64,000 nucleotides of DNA from Octopus bimaculoides (lineage: Eukaryota), in assembly GCF_001194135.2 (NCBI RefSeq), contig NC_068984.1, positions 87,292,152 through 87,356,151 on the forward strand, given 5' to 3'. Below are positions 40,573 to 53,140 of this stretch, piece by piece. The first letter of the stretch is position 1. Each line of letters starts with the position of its first letter. Position numbers and translations under genes: made by a program. Under the pieces are notes generated by a model. The model made no database searches, had not been told where the DNA came from, and saw only the letters and a list, made by a program, of their open reading frames with translations.

Positions 40573-41669
40573 GCGACCGAAAAAGAAAATTTAGCAGCAA
40601 AGGCACAACGGCAGAGAGAAAGACGGGCAACTGAATCAGATGAAACCAGGGCAAAGTGACTGAAACAGATGTCTGAATATGCACGGAGACATAGACATGA
40701 TTCTGTTTCCGTTACACATGACCGACTGGTTAGGGTATCTTGAGAGGAGAATATTCGACTTCAAAATAACGGTGTCAGATCACAAATTGTTGATGCAACA
40801 CTAAAGAGCTCTTTTCTTTGTGATCATATGGAAGTAGTGGAGTTGACAACCAATCTAAGACTTCTTACATAAGGTCATTCTGATGAAAGAGAGTTTGCTA
40901 ACTGCCTTTTTAATGCAGGAAATGGTAACATTTCTGTTGAACAAAGCCTAGGTGAATTCAAAATCAAACTACCCAATGACCTTTGCCTTGAAAGTGGTAC
41001 TCTTTCAGATCTATGTGATTTTGTATATGCTGACCTAAAAAATAACTTCACAAACCCTGTGGCTTGCAACTACTACCATTGTTACTTCAACAAATGAAGC
41101 AGCACAATTTGTGAATGATTTTCTGTTGACCAGGATCCCTGGTGAGCTAAATATATACAGAAACTCAGATACAGTTGATAATGAAGCTCTGTACCCAGTT
41201 GAGTTCATCAACAAACTTACACCATTAGGGTTTCCCCTACACATTCTCAAACTGAAGAAAAAATGATGTGTAACGCTTCTGAGAAATTTAGATGCTACTA
41301 ATCGACATTGCAATGGCACATGCATTGTCAGTTTAAATGATCATGTTATTGAGGCTGAAGTTGTTTCTGGTTCTCAGGCAGGATCAACTCTGCTAATCCC
41401 AAGAATACCACATGTATCTCAAGAAATGAAATTTCTATTCACATTTACACACAAACTATTTCCTGTCAAGCCAGCTTTTGCCTTGATGTGCAACAAGGCA
41501 CAGGGACAGACTTTTGAACAAATTGGAATATATCTTCTGACACAACTCTTCTCACATGGTCAGCTATATGTTGTATTATCAAAAGAAGGCTAATGTAAAA
41601 ATATTGGTTGAAAGAAATGGAAATAGTATGATTACTGACAATTGTGTCCACAAGGAGATACTACTTTAA
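40573..41669 (+). mobile_element. Internally deleted Helitron: N-terminal repeat remnant joined to a PIF1-like helicase C-terminus
   Basis: AKAQRQRERRATESDETRAK*LKQM (40590-40700), then TLKSSFLCDHMEVVELTTNLR, YPVEFINKLTP, LLRNLD...CNGT, LLIPRIP, FPVKPAFALMCNKAQGQTFEQIG and FSHGQLYV. Several stops and frameshifts. Confidence 0.92.
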
Positions 41670-42296
41670 AGCAAAATATGCTTTTTAGCAAGTTTCAGTA
41701 AATAGAATTAACACATAAATTATATGTAAAGTAACATATATTTGCGTGGAATTAAATTGCTTTGGCATATTTCAACACATGCCAAATGAATGATATCGTT
41801 ATATTAGATTATTTTAAATTTGGGTATATTTGAAAAAAATAAGGAAATGCCATTTCTATGTGTTCTCATAGCGTGAGACTTTTGTGTGTGTGTATCCCTC
41901 CATCTACCTATGCACACCTATGGTAAATTCTACCAATTATTAATGATAGATATATATAACAGATTGACTATTTAAAATGTACATTACATCTGCTGTTTTG
42001 AAAATAAGATAAAAAGTTTTTAACTGTAGGGTAAGAATTGTTTTCTATGCTTATTTTCATACTAAAAAAAAACAAAAACAATACAAACACTATCCAGTTG
42101 TTCCTTGTCCATTCCAGTTCAGCTCATGTGTTTTGTGTTTTACATAGCACTTATCCCTTCTTTCATTTTCAGGCTGGTCTCTTCAATATCTTTTTTCATG
42201 CTTCATTTCCTTCCTGTCAACATTACTGACAGGGGAATAACAGCGATCACGGAATCTTGTAGCATCATGATGCAATTGAATAAATTATTAATACAT

Positions 42297-42500
42297 TAAC
42301 CTTCAACATTTAAACAAGCTATAGCCTGATCAAATATTCTACCTATTCAATATAAAATTGGCCAGATCTGGCCACTCACATTTACCCTGCAATGTCATTC
42401 TAAAAATAAACAATCGCATTGTCACAATCTCAAAGCTACAAGATAATGCATGATTAATGCAAAATAATGTGAATAAGCATTACATTTGACAGAGTAAGGA
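42297..42500. mobile_element. piggyBac-type MITE fragment
   Basis: Starts ttaaCCTT...; tentative family call from the terminus only, other end missing. Confidence 0.35.
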
Positions 42501-43279
42501 GAAGGCTACAGCGTTAAGCTAGAGTTTTGAAGTTACACTATACAGACTGTTTCCTGTAAAGCATCATAGAACACCAAGCCTTTCATGTAGAAAGATATAT
42601 CCTTATCATTTAATGTCTGTCTTCTATGCTGGATGCCCCTTCTTATTGCTGACCCCTTTATAGAGTATACTGGGTGCTTTTTTATGTAGTAATGACACTA
42701 GTAAGGTCATCAACTTGCAAGACCAAAAAAAGCCTCCAAAGATTGTAAGGGTGGCTACAATCAGCAGGAGAAAAATGTGGGGTGGGTGGCAATAGCTGAT
42801 ATGACAGGTTGCTGAGAGTGAGAGCAAATATGAAAGGGTGTTAAAGATGAGGTATGGCAGTGCTAAGATGTAGCTCAGAGGAGAGGGAGAGATGATTGCA
42901 GGTACACAAAGGAATGAGCAATAGAAAATAAAGTGGGAAGGAATGATATTGAGAATGATAGGTGAATGTTAACAGGAAGTGGTTCCAAGGAGAGGGGTAA
43001 ATGGTAGTGGAAAAGGGTACGAAATATCTGCAGTTCTATTCTCATACAATTACAGTAGCTGAATAGTGCCATAGTTTGAAGAATGACAGAGAGATGGGTG
43101 TTGGGAAGATGAGAGGTGGGAGAGGCTTGAATGGGAGAGATTGAGTGCAGGACAAAAGGAGGGTATACAAATAAACATAAAGGAGTTTAGGGTCTCAGTT
43201 TCAATGTGACTTCTCAGACACAGCAAATCATCAATCATCTTGATCCTTTATCATCTCTGTGAGGCTCAACATTTTGAGA

Positions 43280-43880
43280 TCAACCTTCTCTACTTCAATC
43301 CATATCTTCCTGCATATCCCTTTTCCACAAATTACATCCACACAGCTTTCCTCACCCATACACATCACATGACCATATCAGTGCAGTCTTTTCTCTTACA
43401 CACTACATCTGTTTCCTCTTATGCCAGTTTTTCTCTCAATGCATTTGCACTTTGTTGTATAAATTGCACTGGCATTGCACATCTAGCAGAGCTTGTTGGT
43501 TTCATTCCTTTCATTCTTTGCATGTCCTCTGCCTCAATGGCACTCCATTCTGTTCTTATTCTAGCAACTATACTTTCAGAATGTCTTCTCTGAAGTACCC
43601 CTGAGGAACCTGAGCATTGAAGAAAATCTATCTCCTGCGTGCTCTTCATTATTATACTGCTCCTGCACATCTACCCAAGAAAATGTACTTTTTTTTGTTT
43701 GCACCTTGTATCTTCATAGCTTGCACTGGGCACACTGCATATACTTTCAACATACACCTTTCCTACATACCAAGTAGGGCCATTTTCCTGAAGGAAGCAG
43801 ACTCCTGTTTTATTTTCCAGCTAACTGAAACTTGGGTCCTTTGCTTAGTTAACTTTGAGGCCTTTTGATTCCAAGCTTTG
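43280..43880 (-). mobile_element. Degenerate RTE LINE fragment
   Basis: ESIVARIRTEW...EDMQRM remnants similar to 51310-51900. Confidence 0.55.
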
Positions 43881-44422
43881 CTTCAAGCATGATAGAACTT
43901 GTGGCAGAGGAAAATCAAAGAAAAGATGGGACTGAAAGGTGAAAACTGAACTAATCTCAAAAAGGCTGAAACTCATGAAGGGCATAACAAAAGACAGCAA
44001 ACAAATGAAATACTGTGCTGGGGAAGACCCATGCCTGACCTTGGAAATATGTGTACAGTGATGGATTCAAGGGTTTCACATATTTACAACTTGATTTCTT
44101 AATTTCACCGGAGCATAAAAACAGAAAAAAATTTTAAAATTGAATTTACAAATTTCTTGATAAGCAAGTGGTCATATTATTTTATTCATTTTCTTTTTCA
44201 TATGACTCGACCCTTGTTTGCATATGTATAGATAATGGTGTACCTATGCGCATAGACACTGATGGATTCAAGGGTTTTGTTTATTTACAAATTGATTTAA
44301 TTTCACCAGAGTATGAATACCTATAATGGTGATACTTAAAAAAAAAAAAATAATAATTCAGACCAATCAAAAAACATGGGTAAGCAACGCATTGTAGGCC
44401 ACACTATAATTTGTGAAAACAT

Positions 44423-44881
44423 TTATGTGTGCACAGGGGATGCATCAGCCTTCATTTTTTTTAGTTTATCATCCATAATATATACTGGTTTCAAAGTGGC
44501 ATAGTCATTTGTCCAGCCAATAATTTCAACAGGATCTGATTTTTTTTCCTTGCTATAGCAATTTCCACAGAATATTGGGCCTCTTGCTGGTTTCCCATTT
44601 TTCAATTTTTCAACAGCGACATTTTCTAAGTCAAACATATTCTTAGTCATCCAGCACTTTTTGACACACCTTATGAAATCATCGTATTCCTCAAGATCTT
44701 CAATAGTGCAACTATTTAAATCAAAGACATCTTCTTTTGGCTTCCAGTCCTCAAATTCTACAATAAGCTTCATATTTCGGAATTTAGTAATGTCTATTTG
44801 AGGATCAACCTGATTTCTAAAATCTGCTGAAGGTTGTGAACTTGATTTATCATGTGTTCCTTTCAAAGCTTCATCAGGAAA
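44423..44881 (-). CDS. RABIF: Mss4/RABIF-like zinc-binding protein, terminal coding exon
   Basis: Acceptor ttttattttacag|TTT CCT (phase 0); 152 codons then TAA. Motifs W-x3-NMFDLENV, FCGNC, IIGW and VYI align with the Mss4 pattern W-LV-x-DMF-x-FENVG...CADC...PIGW...FYV. Confidence 0.68.
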   Translation of the reverse strand, partial: FPDEALKGTHDKSSSQPSADFRNQVDPQIDITKFRNMKLIVEFEDWKPKEDVFDLNSCTIEDLEEYDDFIRCVKKCWMTKNMFDLENVAVEKLKNGKPARGPIFCGNCYSKEKKSDPVEIIGWTNDYATLKPVYIMDDKLKKMKADASPVHT

Positions 44882-45584
44882 CTGTAAAATAAAACAAACA
44901 GTAAAGAAAAAAAGCTTTTATTATTAAAATAATTGTAAAGGAAAATTTGTTCCAAAATTAAAACAAATTATATTTTGTAACTTCATTAGATAATTTTTGT
45001 TTAATATTGAATAGTGGTTGATCCATGAAAAATTTTGAAGAACTGTATGTACAATATTGGTGGATAATGAGGCAACAATAGTATCCTACTTCTATCATAT
45101 TCAGTTATTGGAACAATCAGAGTATGAGAAAACTATTGAAAGTCTGTGTTAGGAAATAATCAGTACAAGTTCATACATTGGAGCAGATTACTCTGCTGTG
45201 AAGAAGAGGAGAGTTTTGATGTTTCGGGTGGGATCCTGCACAAACCATATCTCTTATGAAACAGGTTGGTTTATAATTAATTTGTTCAAACAGAACTGAG
45301 GTTATACTGTGACAATAACAACTAAGCTATATTTATCATATGAAGTTTCTAAAATATCATTCAGTGTTTAATTAGTAACCTCCATAACATATCTATTTTG
45401 CCAGAACTTATTCAATAACAAACTTTGCTGCATATTATACTTTGCCAAAATAAATTAGTGCTTATATGACATCTTTGCAATTCATCTAAGTCTCTTCAAC
45501 TGTATAAACATAGTTGACACCAAGCAGAATATAACATTCTCTCAATATCACATTGATATGTAGTCAGAGTCGATGACAATCTTT

Positions 45585-46235
45585 TACCTTTTACTTGTTT
45601 TAGTCATTTGGCTGCAACCATTCTGGAGCACCGCATTGAAGTTGACTCCTGAACTTATTTTTCTTAAGTTTAGTAATTATTCTATCAGTCTCTTTTGTCA
45701 AACCACTAAATTATGGGGACATAAACACACCAGCACTGGTTGTTAAGTGATGGTGGGGGACAAACACAGGCACAAAGATATACACATAGATATATACATA
45801 TATATATATATATATACAACAGGTTTCTTACAGTTTCTTTCTACCAAATTCATTTACAAGGCCTTGGTCGGCCAAAGACAACAGAACACACTTGCCAAAG
45901 GTACTACACAGTTGGATTGGACCCAGAACAATGTGCAAACATCTCTTTTATCTTTAAATTTTTACTTGTTTCAGTCACATGACTGTGACCATGTTAGGGC
46001 ACCTCTTTGAGGAATTTTAATCGAAATAATCAATTCCAGTACTTATTGTCTTTTTTAAAACCTGTTTATTCTATCAGGCTCTTTTGCTGAACTGCTAGAC
46101 TATGGGGACATAAACACACCTATCTACCCAATTCACTCACAAGGCTTTAGTCGGCCCAAAGTGCCATGCAGTGGGTGTGAGCATGGAACCATGTGGTTGG
46201 GAGGCAAACATCTTACCACACAACCACGCCTGTGT
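45585..46235 (-). mobile_element. Two tandem SINE family A copies
   Basis: Homologous to 722-1118. Confidence 0.75.
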
Positions 46236-46854
46236 CTATAAAACAAAAAAAGAATATCATATATATTTGGTATGGTGTACTTTATGTGTGGGTAAGCTCT
46301 AAATATCACACACAATTATTAGCAGTAAGAATTTTAAAGTTAAGTTGTTGTCAAGTGTTAAAATAATTCATGATTTTAGTGTAATAAGCATTTAAAATTA
46401 GAAATAATTAAATATTGAGAAAAAGACAACATTAGCTAATAATGTTTTAATCATCTTTGATAATTACAGGAAATAACTCCAAACATTTTTCACTCTTACT
46501 GAATCTCTTCAGCAAAGGAAGCACGGACTTTGACAAGTAAAGTAGTGAAGAGATTATAATAATAAGATATTGTATGCAAGAAAGCATGAAGAATTAGCTT
46601 ATAAATTAATCTGGTTAATTACTTCTGTTCTTACAAATTTCTTTTTATAATATTTTACTGAATATTATAGAGTAAATTCTATATTTAATTATTTTACTAA
46701 ACAAATAAACAGATGCAGAATATCTGCTCTCAACACATGAAAGATATTGCTGTTGAGTAGCATCAAATCAATACTGATCATTGTAGACTTATGAGCAAAG
46801 TCATTCTGTTTGTGACCACCTTGTCATTATATGGGTGTTTAAAATTACATTATC

Positions 46855-47162
46855 CAGTACCGCCTGACTGGCTCCTGTAGGATTTTCGAGCGAGATCGTT
46901 GCCGGTGCCCCTGGACTGGCTTGTGCGGGTGGCACATGGGGGACACCATTTCGAGCGTGGCCGTTTTCGTGCGGGTGACACGTAAAAGCACCCACTACAC
47001 TCTCTGAGTGGTTGGCGTTAGGAAGGGCATCCAGCTGTAGAAACTCTGCCAAATCAGACTGGAGCCTGGTGTTGCCATCCGGTTTCACCAGTCCTCAGTC
47101 AAATCGTCCAACCCATGCTAGCATGGAAAGCGGACGTTAAACGATGATGATGATGATGATGA
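46855..47162 (+). mobile_element. SINE family B (young copy)
   Basis: Ends cgtccaacccatgctagcatggaaagcggacgttaaacgatgatgatg. Confidence 0.85.
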
Positions 47163-47219
47163 TGAATATAACCTTCCTTTTATTAAAATGGAGAAGTATG
47201 ACAGGAATTTGACTTAATT

Positions 47220-47585
47220 CTTTTATTTGTTTCAGTCATTTGAATGTGGCCTTGCTGGAGCACTACCTTGAAGGGTTCTAGTCAAACAAATTGACCCCAG
47301 AGCTTTTTTTTTTTAAAGCCAAGTACTTATTCTATTGTTCTCTTTTGCCAAAGTGCTAATTTATGGGGATGTAAACATACCAACACCAGTTGTGAAGTGG
47401 TGATAGCGAGGATAAATAGTCTCACACACACACGACAGGCTTTTTTCAGTTTCCATCTACCAAATCCACTCACAAGGCTTTGGCTGGCCCAAGACTAAAG
47501 ACACAGGTCCAAGGTGCCACACAATGAGACTGAACCTAGAACCATGTGGTTGGGAAGCAAGCTTCTTACCACACAGCCATGCCTG
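47220..47585 (-). mobile_element. tRNA-derived SINE, family A
   Basis: Homologous to 722-1118. Confidence 0.8.
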
Positions 47586-48551
47586 CCACCTTCTAGAATT
47601 CTATGCATCCATTAGGTAAAGTAACCATGTTCAAGCTCTCTTTGGTTAATTAAAAGATATTGTTTTTACTTTGCAAATGACATTTCACTTCACTTCAAAA
47701 ACTCCTAAATGTAGTTTCTAATGTTATTTACATTAAATTTCAAATTCAACTTTATGATGAAAGTAAACAAACAAAGTTTGTCTTTAGAAGCATTGAGATG
47801 TATTGTAAAATACAGAAATAAATTTATTTTTCAAATGCGTGATAATGCTATAAATAGCTTGATCAGGATAAATTATCCATATAATGCAGAAAAATATGTT
47901 ACCGGGCTGGCTGGTAACGTATTTTTCTGCATTATATGGATAATTTATCCTGATCAAGCTATTTATAGCATTATCACGCGTTTGGAAAATAAATTTATTT
48001 CTGTATCTTACATTAAATTTCAGTTTCTTTCAAGCCAGATCAACGAACTACATTAAGCATCTCTCTCTCTCTTTTTTTTTTTTTGTTAATTTATTTATTT
48101 ACCAACAAATAGCAGTTAACAATATAATCATATTCATTTATAACCAAGGCAAAAAAAAAATAAGAAAAGCTAATTNNNNNNNNNNNNNNNNNNNNNNNNN
48201 NNNNNNNNNNNNNNNNNNNNNNNNNNNNNNNNNNNNNNNNNNNNNNNNNNNNNNNNNNNNNNNNNNNNNNNNNNNNNNNNNNNNNNNNNNNNNNNNNNNN
48301 NNNNNNNNNNNNNNNNNNNNNNNNNNNNNNNNNNNNNNNNNNNNNNNNNNNNNNNNNNNNNNNNNNNNNNNNNNNNNNNNNNNNNNNNNNNNNNNNNNNN
48401 NNNNNNNNNNNNNNNNNNNNNNNNNNNNNNNNNNNNNNNNNNNNNNNNNNNNNNNNNNNNNNNNNNNNNNNNNNNNNNNNNNNNNNNNNNNNNNNNNNNN
48501 NNNNNNNNNNNNNNNNNNNNNNNNNNNNNNNNNNNNNNNNNNNNNNNNNNN

Positions 48552-48598
<47 letters not shown>

Positions 48599-48693
48599 AT
48601 ATTAGGGAATGAATTATTATTTCAACCTTACAGGTAAAATTCAGTAAAATAATATTAGACCAAATTTCGTAATATATAATATAATAATATATG

Positions 48694-49455
48694 TATATAA
48701 CTAATTTAGAGACGAACCACCATTCCACAACTCAGTCAATGAACAACCCATCCAAAACCATGCTGTGAGACATATACCATACAAAATACTAATCTAGAAT
48801 TTTAATAATATATAATATTGAACAGTAAGATTATTACAATCCTATAATATATAAGAGCAAATACTTTTAAAATCACAGTGAATACCATACAAAGAAACAT
48901 TCACCATAAAAATATTAATCTAAAAATCAAATAAAGGATTTTATATAGTCCTAATTCAGCCATGAAACACACGTAGTCGATGTACAAGTACTTACTTTTC
49001 ATCATCATCATCATCATCATCGTTTAACGTCCGCTTTCCATGCTAGCATGGGTTGGACGACTTGACTGAGGACTGGTGAAACCGGATGGCAACACCAGGC
49101 TCCAATCTAAATTTGGCAGAGTTTCTACAGCTGGATGCCCTTCCTAACGCCAACCACTCAGAGAGTGTAGGATTTTATACATTATATTATTGTATTAATT
49201 GTTATTGTTCAATTTATTTGATGTTTAGATTAATATTTTTACAATGAATGTTTCTTTGTATGGTATTCGCTGTGATTTTAAAAGTATTTGCTCTTATATA
49301 TTATATGATTGTAATAATCTTACTGTTCAATATTATATATTATTAAAATTCTAGATTAGTATTTTGTATGGTATATGTCTCACAGCATGGTTTTGGACAG
49401 GTTCTTCATTGACTGAGTTGTGGAAATGGTGGTTCGACTCTAAATTAGTTATATA
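48694..49455. mobile_element. Foldback-like element with ~242-bp inverted repeats and a SINE B fragment in the spacer
   Basis: 48694-48935 is the reverse complement of 49213-49455 (about 90% identity by eye); TA-rich flanks. Confidence 0.75.
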
Positions 49456-51309
49456 TATATATGTGCGTGTGTGTATTTATATATATATGACAGGCTTCTT
49501 TTATTTTCCACCTACCAAATCCACTTGCAAAGCTTTGGTCATCCAAAGGTTATAGTAGAAAACACTTGCCTAAGGTGCCTCACAAAGTACCATGCAGTGG
49601 GCCTGAAACCTGAACCTTGTGGTTGAAAAGTAAGCTTTTAACCACACAGCCATGCCTATTTACTGTTGTTATGATATCTAGGGTGACAAAAGTTAGGTCA
49701 TGAAGAATATGTCGAGCATTTATTTCATTGAAGTTGTCTGCATCGACAAACTTAGAGTCATTGAAAACAGAGCATAGTGGTAAGGAAAGTTGTTTTCATC
49801 AATCAGTAGCCCTATGCTTTTTTGGCAAATGAGTATGAAGTGGTGAGAAAGAATCTTCAGATGCCGGGCCTCACTGATGAAATGACAAAGGACTGGGAGT
49901 TGTGGTGCTTTGCAATACTTGAGAAAATGCATCAAGTTAAGTAAAATTGTGGTCATCAATACAAACAAGAATGACCTTTACAGGTGCCGGTGGCACATAA
50001 AAATACCCAGCACACTCAGTAAAGTGTAGCATCAAGCCATAGAAACCATGTCACAACAAACAATTGCAATCTGACCAACTCCCATCAAACTGTCCAACCC
50101 ATGCCAGCATGGAAAACAGCTGATATTCCTCAATGATGCTGATATTCCTCAATGGCCATATTATTATTAATGATAGTCCTCATGGTATTCTAGAGATGAC
50201 ATTTAAAAAAAATTCACATGTTGTTATTGCTGATGAATGAGGTGTAGCAGTTAGCAGCCATGCCTGTATCTATATATAAAAGGCACCTGTGCCAGTGACG
50301 CATAAAAGGCACCTGGTACACTCTGTGGAGTGGCTGGCATTAGGAAGGGCATCTAGTCATAAAAATCAAAGCCAAAATAAACTGGAGCCTGGTGCAACTC
50401 ACCAGTTCCAGTCAAATGGTTTAAACCATGCCAGCATGGAAAACGGATACTAAATGATGATGATGATGTATAATGTACTATTCCATAATATCTCAAGGCA
50501 TTGTATTAATGACTTAGGGTGGGGTAAAAATAAGATGCTTTGACACTGGTAGCATTATTTAGAATATCAGCAGAGGGAAGCAATAGAGCTGCAACAGACA
50601 AAAAAATCAAATTACAGGGACAGTTCAACTACAAGAAGCCTAACTTCCAAAATACTGTACTGACTGAGTATTTCTAGTTTAATATGTGTGTGTGTGTGTG
50701 TGTGCGTGTGCACGTACATGCACATGTATCACAGGAGAGGTTATGTTGTCTATTCCAGATTGGTAGGGTCAATGTGAGTGATATTCTAATATTCAGCTTT
50801 AGTTGGCGTAAGTTGATTGATGCCAGTAGTAAAAATGTGGATGCACAGAATTCTAGAAGGTGGCAGTTCTAAAGAAGAAGAGGCTGGGTAAATTTCTGTA
50901 ATAGGAAGTTTTTGCTTCACTCTTATTCGATAAACTTATGAACAAAATCATTTTAGCCATGACCATCTCCTTTTTATTCCAGGTAGTACATCTAAAACAA
51001 TGTTATCCAATGTGTCTTGTTTTTAAAATGAGAGGGTGTCCTTTATGTGCCTGTTATATCCAGTGATTATGTCAAAGGCTTCCTTGGAGACGAGTATATT
51101 ATGAAAGCTTGACTGAACAATACCTGCATCTCACTATTATATAAAATCTGATTCTGAGTACAAAGATAAATATTGATAATACCTGGTCACTTTGTCCAAA
51201 CTAGATTTGTTCTTCTGGCTTCCTGGTAAGTGTACCAATATAGTTTAATTAGCTCAAAGTTAATCATGTGATTTTAACTTGGTAGGAACCAATGATTACA
51301 ACAGCAACA

Positions 51310-51900
51310 GGTATGGTAACAACACCAACACAATAATAATAATATGACCAAACAAGTGCAGTCTTCTCTCTTGCCCGCTGCATCTAATTCCTCTGATGCC
51401 TAACATTTTTCTCAGTACACTAGTACTCTGTTGCACATGTGTGACATTGTGCATCCAGTGAAGCACACTAGCTTCATTCCTCTCTAGTCTTTGCACATCC
51501 TCTGGGCCCATATCTCAATATCATGTAGCATTGCATGCAATCTTCCTTTCACTTGAAGAGGGAGACCTTTGATTGTCAACAGAGGTAAAAGCTCTCTGAA
51601 TTTTCTCCATCCTATTCTTATTCTAGTGATTACACTTTCTGTACATCTTCCCCCACAGCTAATTAGATCCCCTAGATAGCAAAAATTATCCACTATCTCT
51701 AACAAGTATTTCTACTCTGTGCATCTTCCACATACAAACAATACTTTCACTGGTAACCTTCTTATTATTCCACTGCACCTCATGTGTGTCCATAGCTTAC
51801 ACTGGGTACACCATATTGAATTCCTGCTTGCACCTTTCCTACATATCAAGCAGGGCCATAACTGATGGTGGGTAAGGTCTTGTCCATTTTCTTGCTTACT
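51310..51900 (-). mobile_element. RTE LINE fragment
   Basis: LEIVDNFCYLGDLISCGG...RIRIGWRKFRELLPLLTIKGL. Confidence 0.85.
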
Positions 51901-52369
51901 AGAACTCTAGTCTTTAACCTTAAGGCTGTTTGATTTCAGATTTTGCTTCCACACCTAGATGCATACCTACACAAGTGTGTGACCCCATCAACTTAGTTTC
52001 CTCATAATGTCCAGAAAAATGGATATTTTTAAAAGAAATTTTCAACAACTGACTTTCAGATAATGTAGATCACAATTATATTGATATTTAACGTGATAAA
52101 AAAACCCCAGAAAAAATAGAAAAACATTGGTGGTAATGCACATTAGTTTTTGAAAATTTCAGGTTTTATTTTGTAGATATATATGGGGTGTGTGTCTGTA
52201 AATATGCGCGGACGCCCATCATTTTTTCTTTTTAACATTAAATTCCAATATAATCATAATCTACACCATTCCAAAACTATTTATAGAAAATTTCATTGAA
52301 GAATGTCCATTTTTCCCCTGAAAGTTATGAGGAAACATAGTTGATGAGGGGAAGAGATATTTATGTTTC

Positions 52370-52750
52370 CATCCATCCATTTTCTCTGCCTACAGGAAGG
52401 GTTGTGGGGCTGGATCCTTCATGGAGTCCTATCAGAAGCAATTGTCATTAGACTTTTCTGGCTAGATTCTCAAACCTGACCGACAACCAGCTTGTTCTTG
52501 GTCTACTCCTACATCGCTACTCAGCTTGAAGATTCTGGCTTGCGATTCTTTCCTGCAACATTCTAATCACTTGTCTGTAGTATTAGGGCTATAACCTCTC
52601 AATGTGAAGATGTAGTGGCTCAACCTGAAGATCCTGATCTCCAAGCCACATACTCTGTTGAGTAATGTTACTCCAGAGACCTTTTGGAGTAACCCCATCT
52701 CAGCCGCTTGTATTCATGATCGTACTCATTCAACCATTACCAAACATTCA
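52370..52750 (-). mobile_element. RTE (Expander/Rex3-like) LINE 3' fragment
   Basis: RIQAAEMGLLQKVSGVTLLNRV...; (GGAT)n tail. Confidence 0.65.
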
Positions 52751-52802
52751 TGACTACATATTAAACATACATATGTGAATATGTATGTTTAATATTATAA
52801 AT

Positions 52803-53140
52803 CAGGGATTCTCAACCATTTTTTATCTATGGACCCCTCTGAAAAGCTATTTTATTCTGGTGGACCCCCATAGCCATTCAATGTTTAAAAACTAGTTTTA
52901 TAGAAACTTCTTTCAAAATTCCTATTCAAAATTCCTTTCAAAATTCTCACATTAACTTGTGTAAGTTGAACTATGTAAAATGTTAGAGAAAGAAACCTAG
53001 CTGTTTTTTGCAATACATACATCTAAAGCAAAAATTTTCAGGGACCCTTAAAATGCTATTGTAGGTCCCCAATGTACCATTTTGTTGCGTGGACCCCCAA
53101 AATCTTATATGGACACATCAGCCCTGGTTGAGAACCACTG
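52803..53140. mobile_element. hAT-family MITE
   Basis: TIRs CAGGGATTCTCAACC / GGTTGAGAACCACTG (13 of 15 match); 8-bp flanks ttataaat / gtataaac (6 of 8). Confidence 0.75.

Noticed and set aside
41761-41786. Hairpin tttggcat/atgccaaa as the Helitron 3' terminator
   Set aside because: It is AT-rich and not followed by CTRR at the expected distance.
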